Source: Nitrososphaerales archaeon
GTDB lineage: Archaea; Thermoproteota; Nitrososphaeria; Nitrososphaerales; JACPRH01
Direction: 5' to 3'
NCBI GenBank assembly: GCA_030745655.1
Contig: JASLOE010000002.1
Coordinates: forward strand, 38,761-102,760
DNA length: 64,000 nucleotides
Positions 28,560 through 38,458 of the stretch are shown piece after piece (the stretch's first letter is position 1; each line of letters starts with the position of its first letter). The notes beneath the pieces are model-generated. The model was given only the letters and a program-made list of their open reading frames with translations, ran no database searches and was not told where the DNA came from. A program made the position numbers and the translations under genes.

Positions 28560-31500
28560 TTGTTGCATATATCGAAATCTATCACGTTTTTTAATAATAG
28601 ATTTCTTATATTATGTTTAATTCTTTTTTTATTATCGACAATAGTTTTTCTTCCAATTTCTGCCTATACAAAATCATATAGTAATATACAGAATCTTTCA
28701 TCACTAAATTATCACACGGAAACTGATTTGGGTAATCCTAAGATTGAGTACAAACTTTCTAAGATGTTGAGCGATTCAGAAGAAAATGAGGTTATGGTGT
28801 CGATTGAGCTTGATAGTGATTATGTTCTTCACTCGGGTCTTCTAGAGGTATCTGGTTTTAGGGTGCATAGATTTTATGATAATTTGGTTCAAGGAAATAT
28901 TGATCCCAAAAATATAGAGATTATTGCGGATCTTCCTTTTGTAAATTTTGTTCATGAGCCCATTAGATCTTTTGGTTACAACACCATTAGTGAGGGAGTA
29001 AGTTTTCTGAAAGCTGATATTGCTCAGAGTATTGGTCAAACTGGTAGTGGAGCAAAAGTTGCGGTAATAGATGGTGGCTTTAATATTTCTAATATAGAAA
29101 TATCGCAAAATATTCAGGAATTTAGATCTTTTAGATTTGATGATAGTATTGAAGGAGATAATCCTGCTCATGGCACGGCATGTGCTGAAATTATTGTTGA
29201 TGTGGCACCTGATGTAGAATTATATCTTTTCACTATTGATACAGATCTTGATTTCATTAGTGCTGTAAATTATGCTGTTTCTTTAGGGGTTGATATTATT
29301 TCGATTTCTGTAGGTTTCTATAACTTAGGAGCATATGATGGGTCAAGTAGTGTATCTGAAGTTCTTGAATTAGCTAGGAATTCTGGAGTTTTACCTATTA
29401 CTGCTGCCGGTAATGAAGCGAATAAACATTGGTCAGGTGTTTTTTCAGATAGTGACTTAGATGATTGGCATAATTTCGATGTGAATGATGAAACAAATAG
29501 TTTTGATTTAGATGAAGGAGAAACAGTAATTATCTATTTGAGTTGGAATGATTGGATTTCTAGAACTCAAGATTATGATATTTATCTGTATAAAGATGGG
29601 GAACCAGATTTAGAATTAGTGGATTATTCAAATAATCGACAATCAGGATTTAGAAGGCCTACTGAATCAATATTTTATACGGCAGATTCTACTGATACTT
29701 ACCATATTTCTATATTTAGAGATTCTGCAAATATCAATGTAATGTTTGATTTGTATATTTTAGGTGGTTCAAACCGGGAATATATTGTCTCAAGTGGAAG
29801 TATATCAAATGTTCCTGACTCCAAAGGTTCTTTATCTGTTGGTGCATTAAATTGGGTAACTGGTGATTTAGAATCTTTTAGTTCACGAGGACCAACTGCT
29901 GATGGAAGATTAAAACCTGATATTACTGGGCCAGATGGTGTAAGTACTACTTCATATTCTGGAGGTTTTTTCGGAACATCAGCAGCAGCACCACATGTCG
30001 CAGGTATAGCAGCTTTAATTGTTGGATCCAATCCTTCTATTAGTGCAAATGCGCTTGCATCTATAATAGAAAGTACAGCAGTGGATTTGGGTGATCAGGG
30101 AAAAGACAATCTGTATGGGTCAGGGAAAGCAGAGGCTAAATATTTGACTCTGGATGTTTCGCCGAGGATTGTTTCAATTATTGCTGGAAACGATATTATT
30201 TCACCGCAGTTTCTTCCTAGACAATTCTTGGTGGATGATAGTGTTCAAACCATTTCCTTATCTACAATTTCGGTTACTGAAGATGATTCACGTTTTGTTT
30301 TTAAGAAATGGAGTGATGGAAGTATTTCTCCGGTAGTGGAGCTTTTTTTTGACGGTACTTGGACAAATAAAGTTGCAGAATTTAATGAACAATATCTATT
30401 AACAATACAGTCACAGTATGGAAATCCAGTATCAGAGGATTGGTTTGATGGAGGGGCACAAGCATCATTTTCTATTTCACCATTTTTTGATCATGGAAAT
30501 GGAACAAGACGAGTATTCACTTCTTGGACAGGTGCAGTTACTGGCAGTAATCCTTCAGCATCAATTATTATGAATAGTCCTAAAGTTGTTTCTACTCAAT
30601 GGAAGAAACAGTATGAATTGGTGATTGAGTCCCCTGACCAGTCATCTACTGGTCAGGGTTGGTATGATTCTGGTTCAATGGCATCTTTCTCGGTTATTGA
30701 AGAATCGGTTTCTACTAATGACACTAGGAGAGTTTTTAAGCGTTGGTCAGGTGATTTTATAGGTTCGAATCTTTCAGGTACAATTTTAATGAATTCACCA
30801 AAAACTATTGAATCGATTTGGGATGCGCAGTATTTGCTAAGTATTGATGCGCCCCATCAGGCAGCATTTGTAAGTGGCGGATGGTTTAATCAAGAGGAGA
30901 TCGTGATGATTTCTGGGAAAAATATTTGGAATAACGTATTGAATTCAACAAGAAGTGTAATTCAGTCAATCTTGATCGATGAGAATGAGGTTACTGAAGC
31001 TAGAACAAATGCAGATAATTTTAGTTTGGTAATTATTATGGATCAACCACACAAAGTCCAGATTATTGAAGGGTTACAATTTTTCTTTGACATAAGTGGA
31101 GGTAATAATGTTGAGTTTGAGCCCCCTAGCCCGACAAGAGATAGTTGGTGGGACAATGGACAAAGTATCATGGTAAGTACAGATAATGTTTGGAGAATTA
31201 TCAATGGTGATTCCAGACTTAATCTAATGGCTTACACTTTAGATGGAAATTATGTTGAAATAAGTAGATCTAATGCTTCACGATTCAATTCACCAGAATT
31301 CTTGATGAATGGTCCAAGATCTTTTCATTTCATTTCGGTAAATCAATATCTTTTTGATATTGAAGGAGGGCATCAGGTTCAGTCAACATTATCTCCAACT
31401 TCTGATTATTGGTTTGATGCTGGGGCAATAATTGATGTTTCCAGTCAGTCTTTTTGGTATTTGGATCAAGAAGGATCTCGAATAATTCTTGGTCATTGGC

Positions 31501-33092
31501 AGTTAGACGAAGACGATATTCAAGAGATTCTAAGGTCTGAAGAAGAACGATTTATTGTTGTTGGCATATCGATGAATGCTCCACATAAACTGAGTTTTAT
31601 TAGCATTATTCAATATCATTTAGAAGTTGTTTCAGAACTAAACATACCTTTAGGAAGCGGATGGTATGATGAAGGTGTCACAGCAATTATTGAGGTTCAA
31701 TCGATATCAAAGTATGATAACCAAACTCGACACGTATTTGTATCTTGGAGTGGTGATATAGTATCTGATGAATCAAGCACTACAATTGTTATGAATTCTC
31801 CAATGAAAGCAGAGGCGCAATGGAAAACTCAATACTTTTTTCAGATAAAGTCACGTCTTGATTCTTTTGAGGGTGGTGGATGGTATGATCGAGGTAGTCA
31901 AGCTATTTTCAGAGTTATTGCACCTGTTGAGTGGACAAATAATACTAGAAGCATTTTCACAGGTTGGTCTGGGTTTTTTCAAGGTGATTCCATTGAAGGG
32001 TCAATAATAATCGATTTTCCAACAGTAGTGGAAGCAAATTGGAGAACACAATATCTCTTAGAAGTACTTTCAAGTTTTGGAGAAATATCAGGTGGTGGAT
32101 GGTATAATCGTGGTGAGTTGGTATCTCTTCAGGTTCCAGAAAAAATAGAGCATGAAAATTTTACTCGCCATGTTCCATCTGGTTGGATGGGAGATATAAT
32201 TACAGATGATATGATTGTTGTATTATCCATAACTGAACCATTTCTAGTAGAAGTGAATTGGAGAACCCAATATTATTTAGAAGTAAAATCCAGTATTGGA
32301 GAAACAGATGGTGATGATTGGTATGACCGTGGTGAAATAGCGCATTTTAGTGTTCAATCAGAAATAGATTGGGGAAATCAGACCAGAAGCGTATTTCTAA
32401 AATGGATTGGAGATGTTGAGCTAGTTGAACCTGAAGGTTCATTGATGATCTTATCTCCACAGAAAATATTGGCTCTATGGAAAATTCAATATCTTACTTC
32501 TTTAGTTTTTTTAGATAATGATGCCAATATGGAGATTCTCCCTTCATCAGTTCAATTAATTGGTAGAAACGGTGGAAAGGTTATTCTGCAGGATTTCAAT
32601 TCAATTTGGTTTGATGATCAAGATTTTTCAATTAATGAAATATTGTGGATGGGTGTTGATGTAAAGCAGACAGGGATTCAACCTTTCTTAATTTCTGAAC
32701 CGGGTGAATTGAGAATTCTAACCGAAACATATCCACTTCGAATTATTGTTAGAGACCTTCTTTCTTTTCCTGTATCAGGTGCAAGTATTTTCACTGAATT
32801 TGCTAATGGAACCATTGTCCAAGGGTTTACAGACCAGGCTGGTGAAATCCAATATTCCTTGATCCCTCTTGGTGATTATTCATCCACAATAAAGACATTC
32901 GGGCAGAATGTAAATGTGATTGGAGATGCAAGTATTAATGATGAGTTGAATGTAATGATATCTGTTAGTTTACCAATTTTTATATTGATTGGAGTTTCAA
33001 TAAGCTCAGCGATTGGTGCTTATTATATGGTAAAAATAAGGAAGAATCCGAAAAGGTTCTTAATGATTTCTTTTAGAATTATGTTGAACTAA
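28560..33092 (+). CDS. giant secreted subtilisin-like (S8) serine protease with many repeated beta-rich modules and C-terminal TM anchor
   Basis: It has a signal peptide and the catalytic triad D171 (VAVIDGG, 29070), H204 (AHGTAC, 29169) and S474 (GTSAAAPHVAG, 29979). About 9-10 repeats of a ~75-aa module follow, then a CarboxypepD_reg-like segment and a terminal helix. Confidence 0.85.
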   Translation: MLHISKSITFFNNRFLILCLILFLLSTIVFLPISAYTKSYSNIQNLSSLNYHTETDLGNPKIEYKLSKMLSDSEENEVMVSIELDSDYVLHSGLLEVSGFRVHRFYDNLVQGNIDPKNIEIIADLPFVNFVHEPIRSFGYNTISEGVSFLKADIAQSIGQTGSGAKVAVIDGGFNISNIEISQNIQEFRSFRFDDSIEGDNPAHGTACAEIIVDVAPDVELYLFTIDTDLDFISAVNYAVSLGVDIISISVGFYNLGAYDGSSSVSEVLELARNSGVLPITAAGNEANKHWSGVFSDSDLDDWHNFDVNDETNSFDLDEGETVIIYLSWNDWISRTQDYDIYLYKDGEPDLELVDYSNNRQSGFRRPTESIFYTADSTDTYHISIFRDSANINVMFDLYILGGSNREYIVSSGSISNVPDSKGSLSVGALNWVTGDLESFSSRGPTADGRLKPDITGPDGVSTTSYSGGFFGTSAAAPHVAGIAALIVGSNPSISANALASIIESTAVDLGDQGKDNLYGSGKAEAKYLTLDVSPRIVSIIAGNDIISPQFLPRQFLVDDSVQTISLSTISVTEDDSRFVFKKWSDGSISPVVELFFDGTWTNKVAEFNEQYLLTIQSQYGNPVSEDWFDGGAQASFSISPFFDHGNGTRRVFTSWTGAVTGSNPSASIIMNSPKVVSTQWKKQYELVIESPDQSSTGQGWYDSGSMASFSVIEESVSTNDTRRVFKRWSGDFIGSNLSGTILMNSPKTIESIWDAQYLLSIDAPHQAAFVSGGWFNQEEIVMISGKNIWNNVLNSTRSVIQSILIDENEVTEARTNADNFSLVIIMDQPHKVQIIEGLQFFFDISGGNNVEFEPPSPTRDSWWDNGQSIMVSTDNVWRIINGDSRLNLMAYTLDGNYVEISRSNASRFNSPEFLMNGPRSFHFISVNQYLFDIEGGHQVQSTLSPTSDYWFDAGAIIDVSSQSFWYLDQEGSRIILGHWQLDEDDIQEILRSEEERFIVVGISMNAPHKLSFISIIQYHLEVVSELNIPLGSGWYDEGVTAIIEVQSISKYDNQTRHVFVSWSGDIVSDESSTTIVMNSPMKAEAQWKTQYFFQIKSRLDSFEGGGWYDRGSQAIFRVIAPVEWTNNTRSIFTGWSGFFQGDSIEGSIIIDFPTVVEANWRTQYLLEVLSSFGEISGGGWYNRGELVSLQVPEKIEHENFTRHVPSGWMGDIITDDMIVVLSITEPFLVEVNWRTQYYLEVKSSIGETDGDDWYDRGEIAHFSVQSEIDWGNQTRSVFLKWIGDVELVEPEGSLMILSPQKILALWKIQYLTSLVFLDNDANMEILPSSVQLIGRNGGKVILQDFNSIWFDDQDFSINEILWMGVDVKQTGIQPFLISEPGELRILTETYPLRIIVRDLLSFPVSGASIFTEFANGTIVQGFTDQAGEIQYSLIPLGDYSSTIKTFGQNVNVIGDASINDELNVMISVSLPIFILIGVSISSAIGAYYMVKIRKNPKRFLMISFRIMLN
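30381..32495 (+). repeat. intragenic tandem array of ~75-aa modules (consensus QY.L.v.S..G...G.GWYD.G..a.f.v......TR.vF..WsGd......i.M.sP....a.W..)
   Basis: Protein-level repeats are visible from residue ~608 to 1312. Four well-conserved consecutive copies lie at 31611-32495, with more diverged copies upstream. Confidence 0.6.
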
Positions 33093-33113
33093 GCTTAATT
33101 GGACAGTAATATT

Positions 33114-33704
33114 ATGCAAGATATTGTAGAAAAAACGCTCGAGTTAATGTCTCTTTATGCAAAGAAAGATATTAAGATCCCGGAATCTTTAATAGGAGAT
33201 CTCGGCAAATTTATTATTTGTTCTGAACTTAAACAGAGATTCCCTCAAGCTACTTTGCATTTTAAAGGTGGAACTTATCCCGGTCACGATATTGTCTTAA
33301 ATAAATTAAGAATTCATGTAAAATCGAGGGTAAATCCAGCTCCTAAAAAGACTAAGAGAGGGGAATTAAGGTTTGAAGATTCGCCTAAAATTAGTAAATC
33401 AGTAATTAATGATGAGAAATACAGTATTATCATTTTGATAGTGATCTATACACAAGAGGATTATTCGAAAATTCTTGATCAGAATATATATATTTTTGAT
33501 AAAAAAGATTTCAGGTTTTTCTCTACTGTAAATTTTCGGTCTGGAAAAAGTAAACGTGATTTCACTATCATTAATATTCTTCGTATGACTGGTTCATTGA
33601 CTCCAAAAAATCAGGTAATTTTCGATCATTATAGTGCAAATGAATATCCTGCACTTTTTAGAAACTCTAAGGATAATTGGCAAAAAATATCTTATGAACT
33701 ATGA
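33114..33704 (+). CDS. hypothetical protein with PD-(D/E)XK-like core
   Basis: The arrangement GDLGKFIICSELK...GHDIVLNKLRIHVKS gives an E / D / h-V-K pattern typical of restriction-endonuclease-fold proteins. Motif-level only. Confidence 0.4.
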   Translation: MQDIVEKTLELMSLYAKKDIKIPESLIGDLGKFIICSELKQRFPQATLHFKGGTYPGHDIVLNKLRIHVKSRVNPAPKKTKRGELRFEDSPKISKSVINDEKYSIIILIVIYTQEDYSKILDQNIYIFDKKDFRFFSTVNFRSGKSKRDFTIINILRMTGSLTPKNQVIFDHYSANEYPALFRNSKDNWQKISYEL

Positions 33705-33974
33705 GAAATACTGATATGTTTCAATTCTTTTTTCATATTTTTAAATAAAATCAACTTGTAGATTCAGATCGTTTCAAAAAATATGAGGTCACTTATAAAA
33801 CGGAGGGGATTCCACAGAATATTTGGGCAACGATTATTTTTGTTGCATATACTGAAAGAAAGAATTTCATTATTGGTGACATACTGATTGTGGTGAGGGT
33901 CAACTCGGTATGTTTGCAAGGATAACCATTGAAACACTATAACACTATCGTTTGCAGATTAAACAGATGATGTC

Positions 33975-34452
33975 TTATTCTTGGCTGGATGTATGTATCA
34001 GAAGTTCCACAAGAGCCTCAATTTCACTTGTAGTTAGTGGTTTATCTTGTAAAACAAGTCTCATCGTCACGGATGATGGTTCTGATCCATTCAGATAATT
34101 TGTGAGTAGTTCTTTATCCCCTTTGAAATCTGGTATATCCTGAAACCAGTTTGGAGGCTTAAGAAAAGCTACTGATAAATCTGGACCTATATTAACTCCG
34201 CTAATCCCCATTGATGTGAGGCTGTGGCAATCACTACAAGGAATCCCTTGATTAGATAGTGGTTGATCTCCATTAAAATATGAAAGTCCAGTATCAACAA
34301 GAGCTTGTAGATTGGCTTCTTCTTGCTCAATATTTGAAAGTTCATCTTGCTCATTGTATGGAGATAATGCAAAAATTGCAGTAACCCCAACTATGAAAGC
34401 TATAATTATGCCAATGATAATGTAATTGTTTATCTTAGAGAACTTCTTTCAC
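33975..34452 (-). CDS. membrane-anchored class I (monohaem) c-type cytochrome; N-terminus disrupted or non-canonically initiated
   Basis: Own translation is open from 34448: KKFSKINNYIIIGIIIAFIVGVTAIFALS...NQGIPCSDCHSLTSMGISGVNIGPDLS...SSVTMRLVLQDKPLTTSEIEALVELL. The CxxCH lies at 34224-34238, followed by GPDL and a distal Met. There is no ATG/GTG/TTG in frame before the TM helix. A GTG at 34452-34450 is one nucleotide out of frame. The track splits this gene into 33975-34211 plus a wrong-frame ORF. Confidence 0.6.
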
Positions 34453-34645
34453 CTATCCTAGATAATTAGAAATTTCCATATAATATTAATGACTGCATTA
34501 AAATTAGTTATTTTACCTTGTACATATTATTACAAGCTTAGACTAATTGTTGTTTAATTGATGGGTATGGTAAGTGTTCTCCAATGCATGTTCTAAGTTC
34601 TTCTCTAGTTAAAATAGTCATTTCCAGCAAATAAAGAAAATCTTC

Positions 34646-34667
34646 TCAAATTTAAACTTTCAAAACT
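34646..34667 (+). promoter_or_regulatory. 22-nt motif TCAAATTTAAACTTTCAAAACT, copy 1 (about 100 nt upstream of the UvrD-nuclease gene)
   Basis: It is identical to 38459-38480. It contains a TATA-like TTTAAA and is followed by a related CGAAAAC / CGAAAC. Confidence 0.5.
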
Positions 34668-34746
34668 TCGAAAACGTAATTGAACTGTAAAATATTAAAA
34701 CTGAAAAAAGATAAATAACATCTAGAGTTTTTTTCTATTTAGATCT

Positions 34747-37740
34747 ATGAGTCAAATTGCCCTAAATAATGATTTGAATCCGCAGCAGAAAGAAGCTGTA
34801 TTCACTTCAGAAGGGCCTACTATTATCATTGCTGGAGCAGGAAGTGGAAAAACAAGAGTTGTTACAAACAAAATAATTAATCTAATCAATAATGGAATTA
34901 ACCCAGAAAATATTCTTGCATTGACATTTACTGATAAAGCAGCAGCTGAAATGTACGACAGAATTTATGAGATCGTAGCAATTCATAGTGATCTAACAGT
35001 TTCTACATTTCATTCATTCTGCAAGGAAATTATTTCGGAGAATATCATTGATTTAAAACTTAATGCTAATTTCAAAATAATGGAAAGTACTGTTCAGTTA
35101 GTCTGGTTTATAAAAAATATTGATTCTTTTGGGATGGAATTTGTTGAAGTGGGTAATCAACCAACTACTCTTGTAAATGGAATAATGAAAACAATCTCGA
35201 AATTCAAAGATGAATGTATTTCAGTTGAAAAACTCGAAAAATATCTCATTCAAAAAGATTCTGAAGATTTAGATGACGAAACCCAAGAACAGATTAATTA
35301 TTTAAAAGATATTTTTAAAGCTTACAAATCTTATGAGATTTACAAATCAAAAAATAATATGATTGATTTCGGAGATATGCTCTTTAAGATATGCGAATTG
35401 CTAAAGAGCAAGCCACTTATTCTTAAGAAATATCAAAATAGATTCAAGTATATTCTTGTAGATGAATTCCAGGACACTAATTATGTCCAGCTCCAGATTG
35501 TTAATTTACTTGCTTGTGAACATAAGAATATCACAGTAGTTGGAGATGATGATCAGAGTATCTATCGTTTCAGAGGAGCATATTTAACAAATATCGCTGA
35601 ATTTAAGAGGTTATATCCAAAATATAAAGAGATATTTTTAGAGCAAAATTATAGGAGTACTAAAAAAATTCTTAATGTGGCGAATCAACTTATTTCAAAT
35701 AAACCGGATAGAATCACAAAGAAATTATTCACTGAGAATGACGATGGTGATTATGTGGTTATTGCAGAATGTAAAACAGATGAAGATCAAGCAAATTATC
35801 TTTTAAAGGAGATTAACAAGTTAACAAAGGACAATGAGTTCAACGATATTGCAATTTTAACGAGAGCAAAAAAAGATGTACAACCGATTATTGAATTATT
35901 TGATAAACACAAAATTCCATATGAATTTGTAGGGAATTTAAATTTCTTTAAAGAGCCTATTGTTAAAGATATTATTGCATATATGAGGTTGGCCTTAGAT
36001 CCAATTAATGCAAATGCGGAGGTCGTACGAATACTTAATCGAGATGTATTTGCTATAACACCTACTGAGATAGGTAAATTCTCACGATTTGCACATTATA
36101 AAAAGATAAGTCTTTTCGAGGCGTTCAATAGTTTAAAATACATAGCTGTAAATGAGAATAAATTTACTTATGTGAAGAACAAAATCAACGAATTAATAAG
36201 TTCTAAAACAAAACTGAAACTTAATGAGTTCATTGATAAAATATTATTTGAACTCGATTTTTACAAATATGAGGTAAGTATTGGTAATGAAAGAAATCTT
36301 GCTTTGTTAAATCAATTCCATAAGTTAGCCATAGATTATCACAAATTATATGATAAAGATGAGCTAGATAGCCTTGTTGAGTTTATCGAATATGCCTCAA
36401 ATTTTGAGGTTAAGGAGCATTATGAACCAATAAAAAATGTAGTTCAAATTATGACGATACACACTGCTAAAGGTAAAGAATTCCCAATTGTATTCATACC
36501 CAATTTAGTTAAAGGAAAATTTCCTCCTAGAAATAGAAGTGATAAATTTGTGATTCCTAACGACTTGAGTGATGAAATTAAAACTAATTTAGATGAAAAG
36601 GAAATCCGTATCCAGGAAGAAAGAAGATTATTCTATGTGGCAATAACAAGAGCTGAAAAAAGACTTTACCTGACTTATGCATTGCGATATGGTGGTAATG
36701 TAAAAGATTCAATAGTAAGTCCATATCTTGAAGAAATAGAATATCAAAATAATGTTAACTCTAAATTCAAAGAAATAGAACTGGACCCTATTGAAATAAA
36801 AGAAGAATCTGTTAAAGAACAAATTAAACAAAAATTCATCAAAGAAATAATATCTGATTTAATTAGAACTGATTACGCGAAAATTATCCCAAAAATTATG
36901 ATTTTAGATAAGGTTGAAGGGAATGATCCGAAAGATCTCTTGAAAGTAACAGAGCCTGAGTATGAAGATATACTTACGCAAATTAAGAATGATGAATTGG
37001 ATATAGAAAAAGAATTGGATAAAGAACCAACTTTTTCAGTTTCTCAGTTTAATACATACAATAGATGTCCCAGGGTCTATAAATATAGCTATGTATACAA
37101 AATTCCAAGCCCATCTAAATCATATTTTGATTTTGGAGGAACAATTCATTCAGTAATAAGAGATTTATCAAAGAAGATTAATGATGAAGAAAAAGTTGGC
37201 ATAAATGTAGCATTAGAATTGCTTGAGGCCCATTGGCAGAATGAAGGATACACTACTGAACTTGCAGAAAAACAAGCAAAAGATGAAGCAAAAAGTATTC
37301 TCAAGTCCTTCTTAGTCGAACAATCAAAGATGACCTCAGAAATAGTGGGTATAGAAAAAAAATTCACTATTTCAATTGATGGTCATGCTGTACTAGGATT
37401 TATTGATAGAATCGATAAAGAAGGTGATGATTACACAATTATTGACTATAAAACTGCTAAAACTTCTTTATCAGAAAATAAGTTAAGAGAAGATTTTCAA
37501 CTCTTAACATATGATATGGCAGTTCAGACTTTATTTGGGAAAAGGCCTAAGAAAGTTGGTTTATGGTTCTTGAGAACAAACAAAAAAGTTATGATAGAAC
37601 CAAAAGATGAAGATATTGAGAAAATTAAAATTCAAATCCTGAAAACAATCGAAGGAATTATGGGGGAAAATTTTGAGCCTACTCCAGGTTGGGTTTGCAA
37701 AAATTGTGATTATAAATTAATTTGTGATGCACAGAAATAG
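34747..37740 (+). CDS. UvrD/PcrA-type SF1 helicase fused to a C-terminal Cas4-type Fe-S PD-(D/E)XK nuclease (AddA/AddB-like hybrid)
   Basis: Helicase motifs are AGAGSGKT, LTFTDKAAAEM, VDEFQDTN, VGDDDQSIYRFRGA, QNYRST, IHTAKGKEFP and EERRLFYVAITRAE. Nuclease motifs are NRCPRVYKY, GGTIH, IDRID...IIDYKT, QLLTY and CKNCDYKLIC. Confidence 0.85.
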   Translation: MSQIALNNDLNPQQKEAVFTSEGPTIIIAGAGSGKTRVVTNKIINLINNGINPENILALTFTDKAAAEMYDRIYEIVAIHSDLTVSTFHSFCKEIISENIIDLKLNANFKIMESTVQLVWFIKNIDSFGMEFVEVGNQPTTLVNGIMKTISKFKDECISVEKLEKYLIQKDSEDLDDETQEQINYLKDIFKAYKSYEIYKSKNNMIDFGDMLFKICELLKSKPLILKKYQNRFKYILVDEFQDTNYVQLQIVNLLACEHKNITVVGDDDQSIYRFRGAYLTNIAEFKRLYPKYKEIFLEQNYRSTKKILNVANQLISNKPDRITKKLFTENDDGDYVVIAECKTDEDQANYLLKEINKLTKDNEFNDIAILTRAKKDVQPIIELFDKHKIPYEFVGNLNFFKEPIVKDIIAYMRLALDPINANAEVVRILNRDVFAITPTEIGKFSRFAHYKKISLFEAFNSLKYIAVNENKFTYVKNKINELISSKTKLKLNEFIDKILFELDFYKYEVSIGNERNLALLNQFHKLAIDYHKLYDKDELDSLVEFIEYASNFEVKEHYEPIKNVVQIMTIHTAKGKEFPIVFIPNLVKGKFPPRNRSDKFVIPNDLSDEIKTNLDEKEIRIQEERRLFYVAITRAEKRLYLTYALRYGGNVKDSIVSPYLEEIEYQNNVNSKFKEIELDPIEIKEESVKEQIKQKFIKEIISDLIRTDYAKIIPKIMILDKVEGNDPKDLLKVTEPEYEDILTQIKNDELDIEKELDKEPTFSVSQFNTYNRCPRVYKYSYVYKIPSPSKSYFDFGGTIHSVIRDLSKKINDEEKVGINVALELLEAHWQNEGYTTELAEKQAKDEAKSILKSFLVEQSKMTSEIVGIEKKFTISIDGHAVLGFIDRIDKEGDDYTIIDYKTAKTSLSENKLREDFQLLTYDMAVQTLFGKRPKKVGLWFLRTNKKVMIEPKDEDIEKIKIQILKTIEGIMGENFEPTPGWVCKNCDYKLICDAQK

Positions 37741-37782
37741 TATAAATTGTTGGATGTAGCCATTTAGAGAGTGATGAAATAA

Positions 37783-38448
37783 ATGATTGAAACTGGATAT
37801 GATTTAATTCCTAAGCCTATTCTGGAATATGTGAAAAATAGAAATAAAAAAAGACCAATAATTCCTCACAAATATCATGTCTCAAGTATAGTTGGTTGTT
37901 TAGTTAAAGAATATTATAGAAGAACAATAGGTGGAGAGATAATTGCTATTCCAGCTCTTCTTAATATGCTCAGAGGAACACTTTTTGATGAAGTATTCAC
38001 ACCATTATTTGAAAAGAATCAGAAAAGATATGATGTAACTAGAGGAAAAATTACTTTGACAGGGCAATATGATTTTGTTTGGGATGGAAGTTTATGGGAT
38101 TTGAAGATACCTAAATCGGTTTTTTTTAGAAAAGAGTCTGGTGCAGGACCCCATTATATCAATCAAGGAAAAACGTATTTGGCTTTTGCACATTATCATG
38201 GAGATTTATTAGATGTAAATAAAATACGAATATTGATGATAGCAGGTGACGGAGTTGTTCGTGAAACAGTTGAAGGGGACGATGAAAATATAATGAATAC
38301 TATGTTTGCTAGGGCTTCTGCTGTAGATGAGGATTTAGCTAGAAAAAAGATTAAAAATATTCTTCAATTCTCTGTTCCTGAAGAATCTTGGGAGTGTGGT
38401 TCACAAATCTGTTTTTACGGAGAGATGTGTCCATATAAAAAAAATTGA
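37783..38448 (+). CDS. Cas4/AddB-nuclease-like PD-(D/E)XK protein with C-terminal Cys cluster
   Basis: It has SSIVGCLVKEYY, RGTLFDE, YDFVWDGSLWDLK, NQGKTY and a C-terminal ECGSQICFYGEMCPY. It begins 42 nt after the helicase-nuclease gene. Confidence 0.65.
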   Translation: MIETGYDLIPKPILEYVKNRNKKRPIIPHKYHVSSIVGCLVKEYYRRTIGGEIIAIPALLNMLRGTLFDEVFTPLFEKNQKRYDVTRGKITLTGQYDFVWDGSLWDLKIPKSVFFRKESGAGPHYINQGKTYLAFAHYHGDLLDVNKIRILMIAGDGVVRETVEGDDENIMNTMFARASAVDEDLARKKIKNILQFSVPEESWECGSQICFYGEMCPYKKN

Positions 38449-38458
38449 TAAAATAATA

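Noticed and set aside
34187-34390. Track ORF of 67 aa on the minus strand.
   Set aside because: It is in the wrong frame relative to the cytochrome c reading frame that spans the same DNA. The frame carrying the TM helix and CSDCH is the biologically coherent one.
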